64,000 bases of DNA from contig QHBO01000016.1 in NCBI GenBank assembly GCA_003243965.1, forward strand, positions 6,778 through 70,777. The letters are read 5' to 3'. The position numbers were made by a program, and so were the translations under genes. A model generated the notes under the pieces. The model made no database searches and had not been told where the DNA came from. It saw only the letters and a list, made by a program, of their open reading frames with translations. Position 1 is the stretch's first letter. Each line of letters begins with the position of its first letter. The DNA comes from Chloroflexota bacterium. Lineage in GTDB: Bacteria > Chloroflexota > Limnocylindria > QHBO01. Of the stretch, positions 47,358-57,099 are shown one piece after another.

Positions 47358-48329
47358 ATGCTCCTCTCGTCGGTCCGCGTGCCGGTCAGCCGCGCGGAGC
47401 AGATCCGCGGCTCGGTTCGTCTGCTTTCGGATCGACCGATCCTGACCGCCATCCTCGGCGCCCTGACCATCGCCTTCAGCGCCGTCCTGGTCCGGCTTTC
47501 CGGCGCCTCGCCCGCCACCGCGGCCATCTTTCGGTGTGCCTACGCCCTGCCGGCGCTCGGCCTGCTCGCGTGGCTCGAGCACCGACGTTACGGGCCACGC
47601 CCCGCGGCGCAGGTCCGCCTGGCGCTCGTGGCCGGAATCTTCTTTGCGGTCGACCTGGTGATCTGGCACCACACCATCGGGCTCGTCGGCGCCGGCCTGG
47701 CGACCGTGCTGGGAAACACCCAGGTCGTGATCGTCGCGCTGGCCGCCTGGCTCTTCCTCGGGGAGCGTCCTACGTCGCGGGTGCTGGTGGCGATTCCGGT
47801 CGTCCTCCTCGGAGTGGTGCTCATCTCCGGCGCAATCGGCGGGCACGCGTATGGGCGCGACCCGGGGCTGGGTGTCGTGACCGGGGTGCTCACCGGCTTC
47901 GCCTATGCGGGCTTCCTGCTCGTGCTGCGGCGCGGCAACCAGGACATCCGGCGTCCGGCGGGGCCGCTCTTCGACGCCACCGCGGTGGCCATGGTCGCCG
48001 CCGTGCTCATCGGGCTGCCGTTCGGCGAGGTGAATCTCGTGCCGAGCTGGCCGGAGCACGGCTGGCTGGTGGCCCTCGCCCTCTCGTCGCAGGTGGTCGG
48101 CTGGCTGCTGATCAGCGTCTCGCTGCCTCGCCTGCCGGCCGCGGTGACCAGCGTGGTTTTGACGCTGCAGCCGATCGGCTCGGTGCTGCTCGGCATGGTG
48201 CTCCTGCACGAGAGCCCGTCGGCCGTCCAGCTGCTGGGCGCCGCGACCATCCTCGCCGGCCTGCTGTTCGCCACGGTGCACCGTCGGACCGGCGCGGCGC
48301 CACCGTCTCCATCGGAGCTTCCGGTCTAG
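47358..48329 (+). CDS. EamA/DMT-family transporter
   Basis: 10-TM duplicated EamA architecture. Confidence 0.6.
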   Translation: MLLSSVRVPVSRAEQIRGSVRLLSDRPILTAILGALTIAFSAVLVRLSGASPATAAIFRCAYALPALGLLAWLEHRRYGPRPAAQVRLALVAGIFFAVDLVIWHHTIGLVGAGLATVLGNTQVVIVALAAWLFLGERPTSRVLVAIPVVLLGVVLISGAIGGHAYGRDPGLGVVTGVLTGFAYAGFLLVLRRGNQDIRRPAGPLFDATAVAMVAAVLIGLPFGEVNLVPSWPEHGWLVALALSSQVVGWLLISVSLPRLPAAVTSVVLTLQPIGSVLLGMVLLHESPSAVQLLGAATILAGLLFATVHRRTGAAPPSPSELPV

Positions 48330-48339
48330 CCCCGGGAGT

Positions 48340-49110
48340 TCAGTGTCCCAGCGTCGCGGCCAGGCGGACCGCCGCCTCCAGCGTCCCCGCGCCCTCGATC
48401 CGGACCGTGACGCCGGATTGCTCAAAGACCAGCGCGTCTCCAACCAGCCGCATGCTGGAATCCACGATCTGCCCGTTCGCATCGCGGTAGAAGAAGAAAT
48501 GCTCGCCGCCGGCAATCCAGTACGCCGCCTGACCGTTGACGCTCGTGCGTCGCACCCCCGTTCCGGTGGTGATCAGCTTCTCGAACACCTCTGGACCGAT
48601 GTCGCCGCGGAACTCCGTGATCGCCACGCCGATGCCTGTGGGGTCGGCGGGGTATCCAGCACGCGCAGCGTAGACCAGCGTCACCGTGCCGCCGACGGGG
48701 ATCCGCTCGAAGAAGATGTGATCGGGCTTGCCTGGTCCGCCGGCGCCCGGCACCAGAATCGTGAAGCCGGCACGCCGGCGCGCCTCGTCGAGGCTGACCT
48801 CGATGCCGAAGTTGCGCTCCGAGACGACCCCGGAGGGGAGAGGTACCGGCGTGCGCTCGGTGAAGGTGATTCGCACCCCCCCGACCAGGAAGCCGAGCGC
48901 GGCCGCGATCCCCGCCAGGAGCACGAGCGCCGCGGCCGCCAGCAGGAAGCTCCTGCCCAGCGGGCCGAAGAAGCGGCGGCGGCTCGCCGAAGTGGCGGCG
49001 AGCCGGACGCGCACCATGTCCGCCAGCGGGGGCGTGGCCGGGAAGTCGAGGTGCCCTCCCAGATCGGCCAGCCCCGCCTCGAGGCCCTGCACGTCGAATC
49101 GGTCAGCCAT
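48340..49110 (-). CDS. membrane-anchored anti-sigma factor (single TM, extracytoplasmic domain)
   Basis: Immediately downstream of and overlapping the ECF sigma gene; TM FLLAAAALVLLAGIAAALGFLV. Confidence 0.45.
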   Translation of the reverse strand: MADRFDVQGLEAGLADLGGHLDFPATPPLADMVRVRLAATSASRRRFFGPLGRSFLLAAAALVLLAGIAAALGFLVGGVRITFTERTPVPLPSGVVSERNFGIEVSLDEARRRAGFTILVPGAGGPGKPDHIFFERIPVGGTVTLVYAARAGYPADPTGIGVAITEFRGDIGPEVFEKLITTGTGVRRTSVNGQAAYWIAGGEHFFFYRDANGQIVDSSMRLVGDALVFEQSGVTVRIEGAGTLEAAVRLAATLGH

Positions 49111-49681
49111 CGATGCGCACCTGCCGCGTGTCGGCGGAGAGCGCTGCCCGGAGGCGGCCCATGGCCCGCGACAGGCGGGACTTCACCGTTCCGCGCGGGA
49201 TTCCCAGCGCAGCCGCCATCTCCGCCTCGCCCAGGTCCAGGAACCAGCGAAAGGCGAGCACCTCGCGGTCCTCGTCCCGCAGGCCGTTGACGGCGGCGAG
49301 CAGCTCCTGCCGGCGCTCGCCGGCCAGGACCGCCGCCTCGGGCGATGGAGCCGCACCACCCGAGGGGCGATCCTGCGCAAGTCGCAGAGCGAGGCTCTCG
49401 CGGCGGGTGCTGCCTCGCCGACGGTTTCGCGCCGCGTTGGCCACGATCTGCAGGATCCATGGCCGTGGCTCCGCACCGGCCCGAAAGCGCGGCAGCGCGT
49501 GCCAAGCCCGGACAAAGCCTTCCTGCGCCGCATCGCGGGCCTCGTCGGCGTCGCGGCAGATCAGGACGGCCGTGCGGAAGGCGAGCATCTCGTATCGACG
49601 CACCAGCTCCTCGTACGCGGCGACATCGCCGCGCCTTGCTCGCTCGATCAGATCGCTATCGGTCAGTGGACGGCCCTCCAC
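49103..49681 (-). CDS. ECF-family RNA polymerase sigma factor
   Basis: Regions 2 and 4 conserved (AAQEGFVRAW; LGIPRGTVKSRLSRA). Confidence 0.8.
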   Translation of the reverse strand: MEGRPLTDSDLIERARRGDVAAYEELVRRYEMLAFRTAVLICRDADEARDAAQEGFVRAWHALPRFRAGAEPRPWILQIVANAARNRRRGSTRRESLALRLAQDRPSGGAAPSPEAAVLAGERRQELLAAVNGLRDEDREVLAFRWFLDLGEAEMAAALGIPRGTVKSRLSRAMGRLRAALSADTRQVRIDG

Positions 49682-49777
49682 CGTTGCGCAACCGATACAC
49701 CGCCGGCGCGGGCGCGGTTCCCCGGGACCGGCCCATGGGCGCTATCGTGCACTGACTCGATCCGAAGGGAGACGACA

Positions 49778-49927
49778 ATGGGCCTGCTTCTCGGCTTGCT
49801 TGCGATCGTGGTGGTGCTGATCATCATCGGCTTCATCGTGCGGCTGGCGATCGGCCTGATCGCGGTGCTGGTGGTGGTCGCACTGGCGATCATGGCGTGG
49901 GGCATGCTCCGCGGACGGCGCGTCTGA
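49778..49927 (+). CDS. 49-aa hydrophobic small membrane protein
   Basis: ATG with an AAGGGAG RBS 7 nt upstream; two predicted TM helices; divergent from the ECF sigma gene. Confidence 0.3.
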   Translation: MGLLLGLLAIVVVLIIIGFIVRLAIGLIAVLVVVALAIMAWGMLRGRRV

Positions 49928-49934
49928 CTGACCG

Positions 49935-51128
49935 ATGCCTCCCGGCGATCGGCTCCTGATCGGCAGTGGCCGGTTGCTCGTCGCCCAGCCGGACGGCGCT
50001 CCCCGGCCGGGGCCGCTCTCGCCGTGGGCGCTGCTCATCCGCGACGGTCTCATCGCCTGGGTCGGCTCTCCGGACGATGCACCCGCCGTGGGCGAGGTCG
50101 ACGACCTCGGCAGCGCGCTGGTCACCCCGGGGCTGATCGACGCGCATACGCACCCGATCTTCGCCGGCGACCGCTCAGACGAAGCAGCGGCCCGGCTGGC
50201 GGGGACCCCGTACTCCGGCGGCGGGATCATGCGCACGGTGGCGGCCACCCGCGCCGCGAGCGACGCGCAGCTCCTTGACCTGACCGCCGGCCGCCTCGCC
50301 GCGGCGCTCGGATCGGGCACCACCACCATCGAGTGCAAGTCCGGCTACGGCCTGGCCCCGGCCGAGGAGCTGCGGCAGCTGGCGATCATCGGGCGGGCCG
50401 CACAGCGGGTCGGGATACGGGTGGTGCGCACCTTCCTCGGGGCGCACGCAGTCGGGCCGGAGGCGGCATCCCCTGGCGAGTACGTGGCCAGCGTCGTCGA
50501 CGAGATGCTCCCCGAGGCGGCCCGCCACGCCGAGTTCTGCGACGTCTTCTGCGACGAGGGTTTCTTTGATCTGCAGTCCACGGAGGGGATCCTGACGACG
50601 GCGCGGTCGCTGGGCCTTGGCCTGCGGCTTCACGCCGAGCAGCTTGCCCGCACCGGCGCCACGGAGCTCGGCGTCCGCCTGGGGGCGGCGTCGGTCGATC
50701 ACCTCGAGCGGCTCGACGCGGCGGGAGTGGCGGCGCTGGCCCAATCCCGCACCGTGGCCACCCTGCTCCCCGGCCCGGCGCTGGCGATGGGTGGCCCGCT
50801 ACCGCCGGCGCGTGAGCTGCTGGCGGCCGGTGCTCGGGTCGCCCTGGCCACGGACGCGAACGCCGGCACCTGGGGCAGCTACTCGATGCCGATGGCGATC
50901 GGCCTGGGCGCAACCCTGTTGGGGATGGGCGTCGATGCGGCGGTGCGGAGCGCCACGTTCGGCGCCGCGCAGGCCCTTCAGCTCGATGAGGTGTGCGGCA
51001 CGCTGCGCGCGGGGCTGGCCGCCGACATCGTCGCCTGGGACGCAGAGCATGAAGGTGCGTTCGCGCTGCGGATGGGCGACGTCCGTCCCGCGCGCATCTG
51101 GATGGCCGGCATCGAGGCCAGCCGCTGA
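49935..51128 (+). CDS. hutI: imidazolonepropionase-like amidohydrolase
   Basis: IDAHTHP metal-binding motif and HutI-like body. Confidence 0.7.
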   Translation: MPPGDRLLIGSGRLLVAQPDGAPRPGPLSPWALLIRDGLIAWVGSPDDAPAVGEVDDLGSALVTPGLIDAHTHPIFAGDRSDEAAARLAGTPYSGGGIMRTVAATRAASDAQLLDLTAGRLAAALGSGTTTIECKSGYGLAPAEELRQLAIIGRAAQRVGIRVVRTFLGAHAVGPEAASPGEYVASVVDEMLPEAARHAEFCDVFCDEGFFDLQSTEGILTTARSLGLGLRLHAEQLARTGATELGVRLGAASVDHLERLDAAGVAALAQSRTVATLLPGPALAMGGPLPPARELLAAGARVALATDANAGTWGSYSMPMAIGLGATLLGMGVDAAVRSATFGAAQALQLDEVCGTLRAGLAADIVAWDAEHEGAFALRMGDVRPARIWMAGIEASR

Positions 51129-51239
51129 TCGGACGCTCAAGGGCCGCCGACGAGCCGCCGTCTATGATGGGCCGGCACCCGGGCCGCAGGGCCGATCGGC
51201 CGCGGGGTTGCCTTCCCAGCCAAACCGGAGGATTGCGCA

Positions 51240-52613
51240 TTGGACCGCTTCGACATCGCGGTGATCGGAGCCGGCGCCGCCGGCGAGGCCGCGACGCACC
51301 TGGCTGCCGGCCGGGGAGCCAGGGTCGTGGTCGTCGACCGCGAGCTGTTTGGCGGCGCATGCCCGTTCTGGGCGTGCATGCCCTCCAAGGCGCTGCTCCA
51401 CGCCGCCGCGGTGCACCACGCCGGCGGTGCGTACGAGTGGCGTCGTGCATCGGATTTCCGCGACTACATGATCAATCGCGAACGGACCGATTGGCCCGAC
51501 GATGGCGGGCACGTGCGCGCCCTGGAGGGCGCGGGGGCGACCGTCGTGCGTGGCAGCGCCCGATTCATCGGTCCCGGCCTGCTGGAGGCTCGCCACGAAG
51601 AGACCGTGCATCGGCTCGAAGCCGACAAGGTGATCCTGGCCATCGGCTCGGTGCCAAGGATCCCCTCCATTCCGGGCCTCGACCGGGTCGAGTACTGGAC
51701 CAACCGGGAAGGGACCGCGACGCGCGACCTGCCGCGGAGCCTGCTGATCATGGGCGGCGGCCCGACCGGCGTGGAGCTGGCGCAGGTCTACGCGCGGTAC
51801 GGCGTGCCGACCACCCTGATCGACAGCAACCCGCGCATCAACAGTCGGGACCATCCGCGCAGCTCCGAGATCCTGGCGGCCGCGCTGGAGCGCGACGGCG
51901 TCACCATCCGCACCGGCGTGCGCGCGCAACGGGTGCGGCCCGCGGCCGGTGAGGAGGCAGACCATGCGCTTGAGCTGTCCGACGGCTCGAGCGTGGAGGG
52001 CCAGCGGATCCTGGTTGCCATCGGCCGCAGCCTGCCGCTGGACGGCATGGAATTGGCGGCGATCGGCGTGACGCCGCGCGACGGCCGCCTCGACGTGGAC
52101 GATCGGCTGCGGGTGGCTGACAACGTGTTCGCCGCGGGCGACGTGGCCGGGCCGGAGCTCCACACCCACCTGGCGCACTACGAGGGCGAGCTCGCGGCTC
52201 GGCTGGCGCTGGGCGACGACGTGACGCCCGACCTGCGCGCCATTCCGCGCGCCACCTACACCGATCCGGAGACCGCATCGGTCGGCCTGCAGCTGGAGCA
52301 GGCGCGAGCGCGCGGCATGGATGCGATCGAGCTGACCGAGGACCTGGCGACGACCGCCAAGGGCTACGTCTCAGAGGCGCAGGGCCACGTCAGCATCGTG
52401 ATCGATCGCCGGTCACGCACGCTGGCCGGTGCGTTCATGGCCGGTCCCGGCGTCTCGGAGGCGATCCACGAGGCGGTCCTGGCACTGAAGCTGGGTACCC
52501 CGATGGAGGTGCTGGCCGACACGATCCACGCCTTCCCGACGGTGGCCCGCGTCCTCGGCTCGCTCTTTACCCGTGCCGAGCGGGAGATCGCTGCCGGGAG
52601 CGGACAAGGGTAG
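51240..52613 (+). CDS. class-I pyridine nucleotide-disulfide oxidoreductase (dihydrolipoamide DH / mercuric reductase-like)
   Basis: FAD GxGxxG, redox CxxxxC (GGACPFWACMPSK), NAD GGGPTGVE, C-terminal dimerisation His (HAFPT). Confidence 0.7.
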   Translation: MDRFDIAVIGAGAAGEAATHLAAGRGARVVVVDRELFGGACPFWACMPSKALLHAAAVHHAGGAYEWRRASDFRDYMINRERTDWPDDGGHVRALEGAGATVVRGSARFIGPGLLEARHEETVHRLEADKVILAIGSVPRIPSIPGLDRVEYWTNREGTATRDLPRSLLIMGGGPTGVELAQVYARYGVPTTLIDSNPRINSRDHPRSSEILAAALERDGVTIRTGVRAQRVRPAAGEEADHALELSDGSSVEGQRILVAIGRSLPLDGMELAAIGVTPRDGRLDVDDRLRVADNVFAAGDVAGPELHTHLAHYEGELAARLALGDDVTPDLRAIPRATYTDPETASVGLQLEQARARGMDAIELTEDLATTAKGYVSEAQGHVSIVIDRRSRTLAGAFMAGPGVSEAIHEAVLALKLGTPMEVLADTIHAFPTVARVLGSLFTRAEREIAAGSGQG

Positions 52614-52622
52614 GCTGAGCCG

Positions 52623-53711
52623 GTGATGACCCCGCTCCTGCCGATGCTCGGCGCGCCGCCGAGGGCGTCCTCCGCGGGAAACGCGACCGCGGGAAACGCG
52701 ACGGAGTTGCCCGCCGACCGGTTCGGCCGCCGCCTGCACGACCTGCGGGTCAGCGTGACGGACCGATGCAACTTCCGCTGCGTGTACTGCATGCCGCGCG
52801 AGGTGTTCGGGGCGCAGCACGCCTTCCTGCCGAGCGCGGACCTGCTCACCTTCGACGAGATCGTGCGACTCGTCGAGCGGTTCGTTGGTCTCGGGGTGCA
52901 GAAGGTAAGGCTGACCGGCGGAGAGCCGCTGGTGCGGCGCGGGCTGGAGGATCTGGTCAGACGTCTGACCGCGATCGATGGGATCCGCGACCTGACCCTG
53001 ACCACCAACGGAGCGCTGCTCAGCGCACGCGCCGATGCGCTCGCCGCGGCGGGCCTGCAGCGGGTCACCGTCAGCCTCGACGCGCTCGATGACCCGACCT
53101 TCAAGCGCATGAATGACGCGCGCTTCCCGGTGGCGCGCGTGCTGGACGCGATGGGCGCCGCCGAGACGGCGGGCCTCGGACCGATCAAGGTCAACACGGT
53201 CGTGCGCCGGGGCGTGAACGAGCACGCGGTGCTGGACCTCGCCCGCCACTTCCGTGGCAGCGGACGCATCGTCCGCTTCATCGAGTACATGGACGTCGGC
53301 CACACCAACGGCTGGCGACTGGCGGAGGTCGTGCCCGCCGATGAAATCCTGACGCGCATCGACTCCATCTTCCCGCTGGAGCCGATCTCGCCCACCTACC
53401 GCGGTGAGGTCGCGCGGCGCTATCGGTACCGTGACGGCGCCGGGGAGATCGGGGTGGTGGCATCGGTCACCCAACCGTTCTGCGGTGACTGCAACCGCGC
53501 GCGGTTGAGCGCTGACGGCAAGGTGTACACCTGCCTGTTCGCGACGGCGGGCCACGACCTGCGGGCGCTGCTGCGGGGAGGCGTCGCCGACGCCACCCTC
53601 GACTCCGCGATCCGGACCCTGTGGGGATCGCGCGAGGACCGCTACTCAGAGCTGCGAACCGCCGGCACCGCGGATCTGGCGCGGGTGGAGATGAGCTACA
53701 TCGGCGGGTAG
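52623..53711 (+). CDS. moaA: GTP 3',8-cyclase (molybdenum cofactor biosynthesis, radical SAM)
   Basis: CNFRCVYC radical-SAM cluster and C-terminal CGDCNRARL second cluster. Confidence 0.85.
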   Translation: MMTPLLPMLGAPPRASSAGNATAGNATELPADRFGRRLHDLRVSVTDRCNFRCVYCMPREVFGAQHAFLPSADLLTFDEIVRLVERFVGLGVQKVRLTGGEPLVRRGLEDLVRRLTAIDGIRDLTLTTNGALLSARADALAAAGLQRVTVSLDALDDPTFKRMNDARFPVARVLDAMGAAETAGLGPIKVNTVVRRGVNEHAVLDLARHFRGSGRIVRFIEYMDVGHTNGWRLAEVVPADEILTRIDSIFPLEPISPTYRGEVARRYRYRDGAGEIGVVASVTQPFCGDCNRARLSADGKVYTCLFATAGHDLRALLRGGVADATLDSAIRTLWGSREDRYSELRTAGTADLARVEMSYIGG

Positions 53712-54805
53712 CCGCGGCTCCGCGAGTGGATCGGTCCCTCACCAGCGCGGAGCATCCCCCCGGCGCGCCCGCGGTCAACGGCCAGGATCTCCGCCACGAT
53801 CGAGCGTGCGACCTCCGCCGGTTCCTCTGCGCCGATGTCCAGCCCGGCCGGCGCGTGGAGCTTCAGCCGGTCCGCGGGGCTCAGGCCGACGCCCTGCTCC
53901 TCCAGCTCGGCGAGGATGCGCTGTGTGCGCGCTCGCGGACCGAGCACCCCGATGTAGCGGACCGGCGTGCCCATCACGGCGCGCACGTACTCCAGGTCCC
54001 GCAGGTAGTTGTGGCTCATGACCACCACGAAGTCGCGCACCGATGGCTCCAGGTGGGCGGCGAGATCCGGCGGAGCGGCATCCGCGAACCGGACCTCCGG
54101 CCCGAAGCGTGCGTGGTTCAGCAGGCGACGCCGGACATCGGTGACCAGCACCCGCCAGCCGAGGGCGCGGGCGTCGCCAACCAGTGGCACGGCATCGTGG
54201 CCGGCTCCGCACACCACGAGCCGGATCGGCGGCCCGATGACCTCGACGAAGGCGCGGCTCTCGGGGCGCAGCTCGACGAGGCTGCTGCGGCCCCGCTCCA
54301 GCGCCGCGGACGCTGCCGACTGCGCTGACTCGGTGAGTGGCGGCGGCAGGTCCGACCACCGCCTCCGCGAGGCATCCATCGCCAGCCGCGCGCCGAGCGG
54401 GTCGGAGAGCAGGGTGACCAGCGCCACCGGCGCTGCGCCCGCGAGCCCCGATTCCAGGAGGGGCAGCACGCGACGTACCGCCTCACCCGCCTCGACCAGC
54501 ACCTCCATCGCTCCGTTGCAGCCGAGACCCAGGCCCCACACCTCGTCGCCGTCCGCGGTTGCGTCGAACGCCACCAGCCGGGATCGACCGTCACCCAGCA
54601 CCTCCCGGCCGGTTCGGGCCACCTCCCCTTCGAAGCAGCCGCCGCTCAGGGTCCCGATCGGCTCTCCGCTGGCCGGCACCAGCAGGCGCGCACCGGGCCG
54701 CCGATATGTCGAGCCGCGGACCGCGACGATGGTGGCCAGCGCCATCGGCATGCCGCGTTCCTCGAGCTCGCGGGCCGCGGACAGGATGGCGCGAAGCTCG
54801 CTCAC
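53696..54805 (-). CDS. XdhC/CoxI-family accessory protein
   Basis: N-terminal XdhC_CoxI domain ([20 protein letters not shown]) and Rossmann-like C-domain; start placed at a GTG (VSELRAIL...). Confidence 0.55.
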   Translation of the reverse strand: MSELRAILSAARELEERGMPMALATIVAVRGSTYRRPGARLLVPASGEPIGTLSGGCFEGEVARTGREVLGDGRSRLVAFDATADGDEVWGLGLGCNGAMEVLVEAGEAVRRVLPLLESGLAGAAPVALVTLLSDPLGARLAMDASRRRWSDLPPPLTESAQSAASAALERGRSSLVELRPESRAFVEVIGPPIRLVVCGAGHDAVPLVGDARALGWRVLVTDVRRRLLNHARFGPEVRFADAAPPDLAAHLEPSVRDFVVVMSHNYLRDLEYVRAVMGTPVRYIGVLGPRARTQRILAELEEQGVGLSPADRLKLHAPAGLDIGAEEPAEVARSIVAEILAVDRGRAGGMLRAGEGPIHSRSRGYPPM

Positions 54806-54827
54806 CGGACGGCTGCTGCGACCTGGC

Positions 54828-56186
54828 TCACGACGGCTCGAAGAGCACGCCGGGGTTGAGGATGCCACGCGGGTCGAGAGCATCCTTCACCGCGCGCATG
54901 GCGGCCAGGTCGGCCGCGCCGCGGTCGGCCGCGAACCAGCGGCGCTTGGCGACCCCCACTCCATGCTCGGCGCTGACGGTGCCGGCCATCTGGATCACGA
55001 GCTCCAGGACCTCGTCGTCGACGCGCTCGTCGTCCGCGGCGGGACCGAGCACGTTGACATGCAGGTTGCCGTCGGCGATGTGGCCATACAGGATCGTCCG
55101 CGCTGTCGGATCCGTCCGCGAGACCGTCTCTTGCACGCGCTCGACGAACTCGGCCAGCCGAGCGACCGGCACCCCGATGTCGAGCTTGTGGGCGATTCCC
55201 TGGGCGCCGATCGCCTCGGTGTGTCGCTCACGGAGCTCCCAGAGTCGGCGGCGGCCCGCGGGATCGCTGGCGAGCACCACCGAGCTCTCCTCCTGGAGCG
55301 CGGCGGCCATCTCATCGGTCGGGTCGCGTTCGGCCGCCGCTTCGACCAGCAGGTACGCGCCATGTGGCCCTGCAAGCGGGGGCCGGGCCCCGGAATGGCG
55401 GGCCACCAACTCGAGCCCATCGGGGAAGAACAGCTCCGCGGCGAGCAGCCATGGCGCGCGCCGCAGCCGCGCCACCAGGGAGACCGCCGCCGCCGTGTTC
55501 GGCAGGCCGACCAGCGCCACGCTCCGACCGGGGAGCGGCGGGACGAGACGCAGGCGAGCGCGGGTCACGATCCCCAGCGTCCCCTCGCTCCCGGTCAGCA
55601 GCCCGGCAAGGTCGTACCCGGTGTTGTCCTTTGCCAGGCCCGAGAGACGCCGCACCACGCTCCCATCGGCGAGCACCGCCTCGAGACCGATGACCTGCGC
55701 GCGCATGCCGCCGTAGCGGAGGAGGTGCAGCCCACCGGCGTTGGTGGCCACCATCCCGCCGATGGTCGCCGAGTCGCGCGCGCCCAGGTCGACCCCGAAC
55801 TCCCAGCCGGCGGCCCGAACATGCTGCTGGAGCGCGGCGAGCGTGACGCCGGCTCCGGCCAGCGCTTCGCCGGCAAGACCGTCCACCGGTTCCACGTCGC
55901 GAAGGCGCGCCAGGCTGACGACCAGCTCGCCGTTGCGTGGCACGCCGCCGCCGACCAACCCGGTGTTGCCGCCCTGCGGAACGATGGCCACCCCCGCCTC
56001 GGCGCAGACCTTCACCACCCCGGCCAGCTCCTCGACGTCGGCCGGGCGCGCAACGGCGAGCGCCGGCCCGCCGAAGCGCCGCGTCCAGTCGACCTCGTAG
56101 CCGGCGCGCAGGGATGGATCGGTGAGAAGGTGGGAATCACCCACGATGCGCCGCAGCGCCGCGAGCGAGGCGTGGCTCTCCGTCAC
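54828..56186 (-). CDS. FAD-linked oxidase (GlcD/D-lactate dehydrogenase family)
   Basis: FAD-binding PCMH domain (PQGGNTGLVGG) and FAD-oxidase C-domain. Confidence 0.65.
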   Translation of the reverse strand: MTESHASLAALRRIVGDSHLLTDPSLRAGYEVDWTRRFGGPALAVARPADVEELAGVVKVCAEAGVAIVPQGGNTGLVGGGVPRNGELVVSLARLRDVEPVDGLAGEALAGAGVTLAALQQHVRAAGWEFGVDLGARDSATIGGMVATNAGGLHLLRYGGMRAQVIGLEAVLADGSVVRRLSGLAKDNTGYDLAGLLTGSEGTLGIVTRARLRLVPPLPGRSVALVGLPNTAAAVSLVARLRRAPWLLAAELFFPDGLELVARHSGARPPLAGPHGAYLLVEAAAERDPTDEMAAALQEESSVVLASDPAGRRRLWELRERHTEAIGAQGIAHKLDIGVPVARLAEFVERVQETVSRTDPTARTILYGHIADGNLHVNVLGPAADDERVDDEVLELVIQMAGTVSAEHGVGVAKRRWFAADRGAADLAAMRAVKDALDPRGILNPGVLFEPS

Positions 56187-56250
56187 CCGCCGATCGTACG
56201 CTCTGGGGCAGGCACAGCCCTTGCCCACGTCGACCGCCGCGCGACGACGT

Positions 56251-57072
56251 ATGCGGCTCGTGATGCTCATCGGTCGGAAAGTCGTCATCCGCTTCGGCGA
56301 GGACCAGGGACTGTCGTGGGCGGCTGCGGTCGGCTTCTACCTCTTCCTGTCGATCCCGCCGCTGATGGTGGCGGCTACCTGGGCTGGCGGCTTCGTCGTG
56401 TCGCAGCAGACCTCCTCCGGGTTCGTGGTCGACCAGGTCTCGCGCTTCCTGCCCGCGGAGCGCCAGCTGCTTACCGCCGTGATCCACGGCGGGACGGGAT
56501 CCGCAGCCTATACCGCCGTGACATTGCTGATCCTCGCCTTCTCCGCGAGCCGTGTCTTCGCGGCGCTGATCAGCGCGATCAACGTCATGTGGCGCCGCGT
56601 GGACCAGCTCAGCTTTGCCCGTCGGCAGCTGTTGCGCGCGACGCTGATGGCGGCTGCCGCCGGCCTGTTGGTGGCGAGCGCCGACCTCGAGGCTGGAGCA
56701 GGCGCGATCGCCCGCGCCTTCGGGGGGTCTCGATCGATCGATTGGCTGCTGCGCTCCCAGCTGGTGCCCGTCGCGCTCCTGTTTGCCGGTCTGGTGGCGA
56801 CCTACAAGCTCGTGCCCCGGACCTCGGTCCGGATCAGCTCCTCCGCCATCGGCGCGGCCGCGGCCACGCTCGGCATCCGGGCCGCGCACCTGGTCTTCGC
56901 CACCTATCTCCAGGCCTTCGGTGGCTTCAACACGGCCTACGGAGCACTGGCCAGCGTGGCGGTGCTCCTGACCTGGTCGCTGATCGTGAGCATCATCGTG
57001 CTGCTCGGAGCCGAGCTGGTCGCCGTCCTGGACCGGCGCCGGATCCCGAATCGGGGCCAGTGGACCGGCTGA
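56251..57072 (+). CDS. YihY/BrkB-family membrane protein
   Basis: 6-TM YihY architecture; internal ATG start. Confidence 0.55.
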   Translation: MRLVMLIGRKVVIRFGEDQGLSWAAAVGFYLFLSIPPLMVAATWAGGFVVSQQTSSGFVVDQVSRFLPAERQLLTAVIHGGTGSAAYTAVTLLILAFSASRVFAALISAINVMWRRVDQLSFARRQLLRATLMAAAAGLLVASADLEAGAGAIARAFGGSRSIDWLLRSQLVPVALLFAGLVATYKLVPRTSVRISSSAIGAAAATLGIRAAHLVFATYLQAFGGFNTAYGALASVAVLLTWSLIVSIIVLLGAELVAVLDRRRIPNRGQWTG

Positions 57073-57099
57073 CCGGCTACCGACGCGTACCATCCGCCG

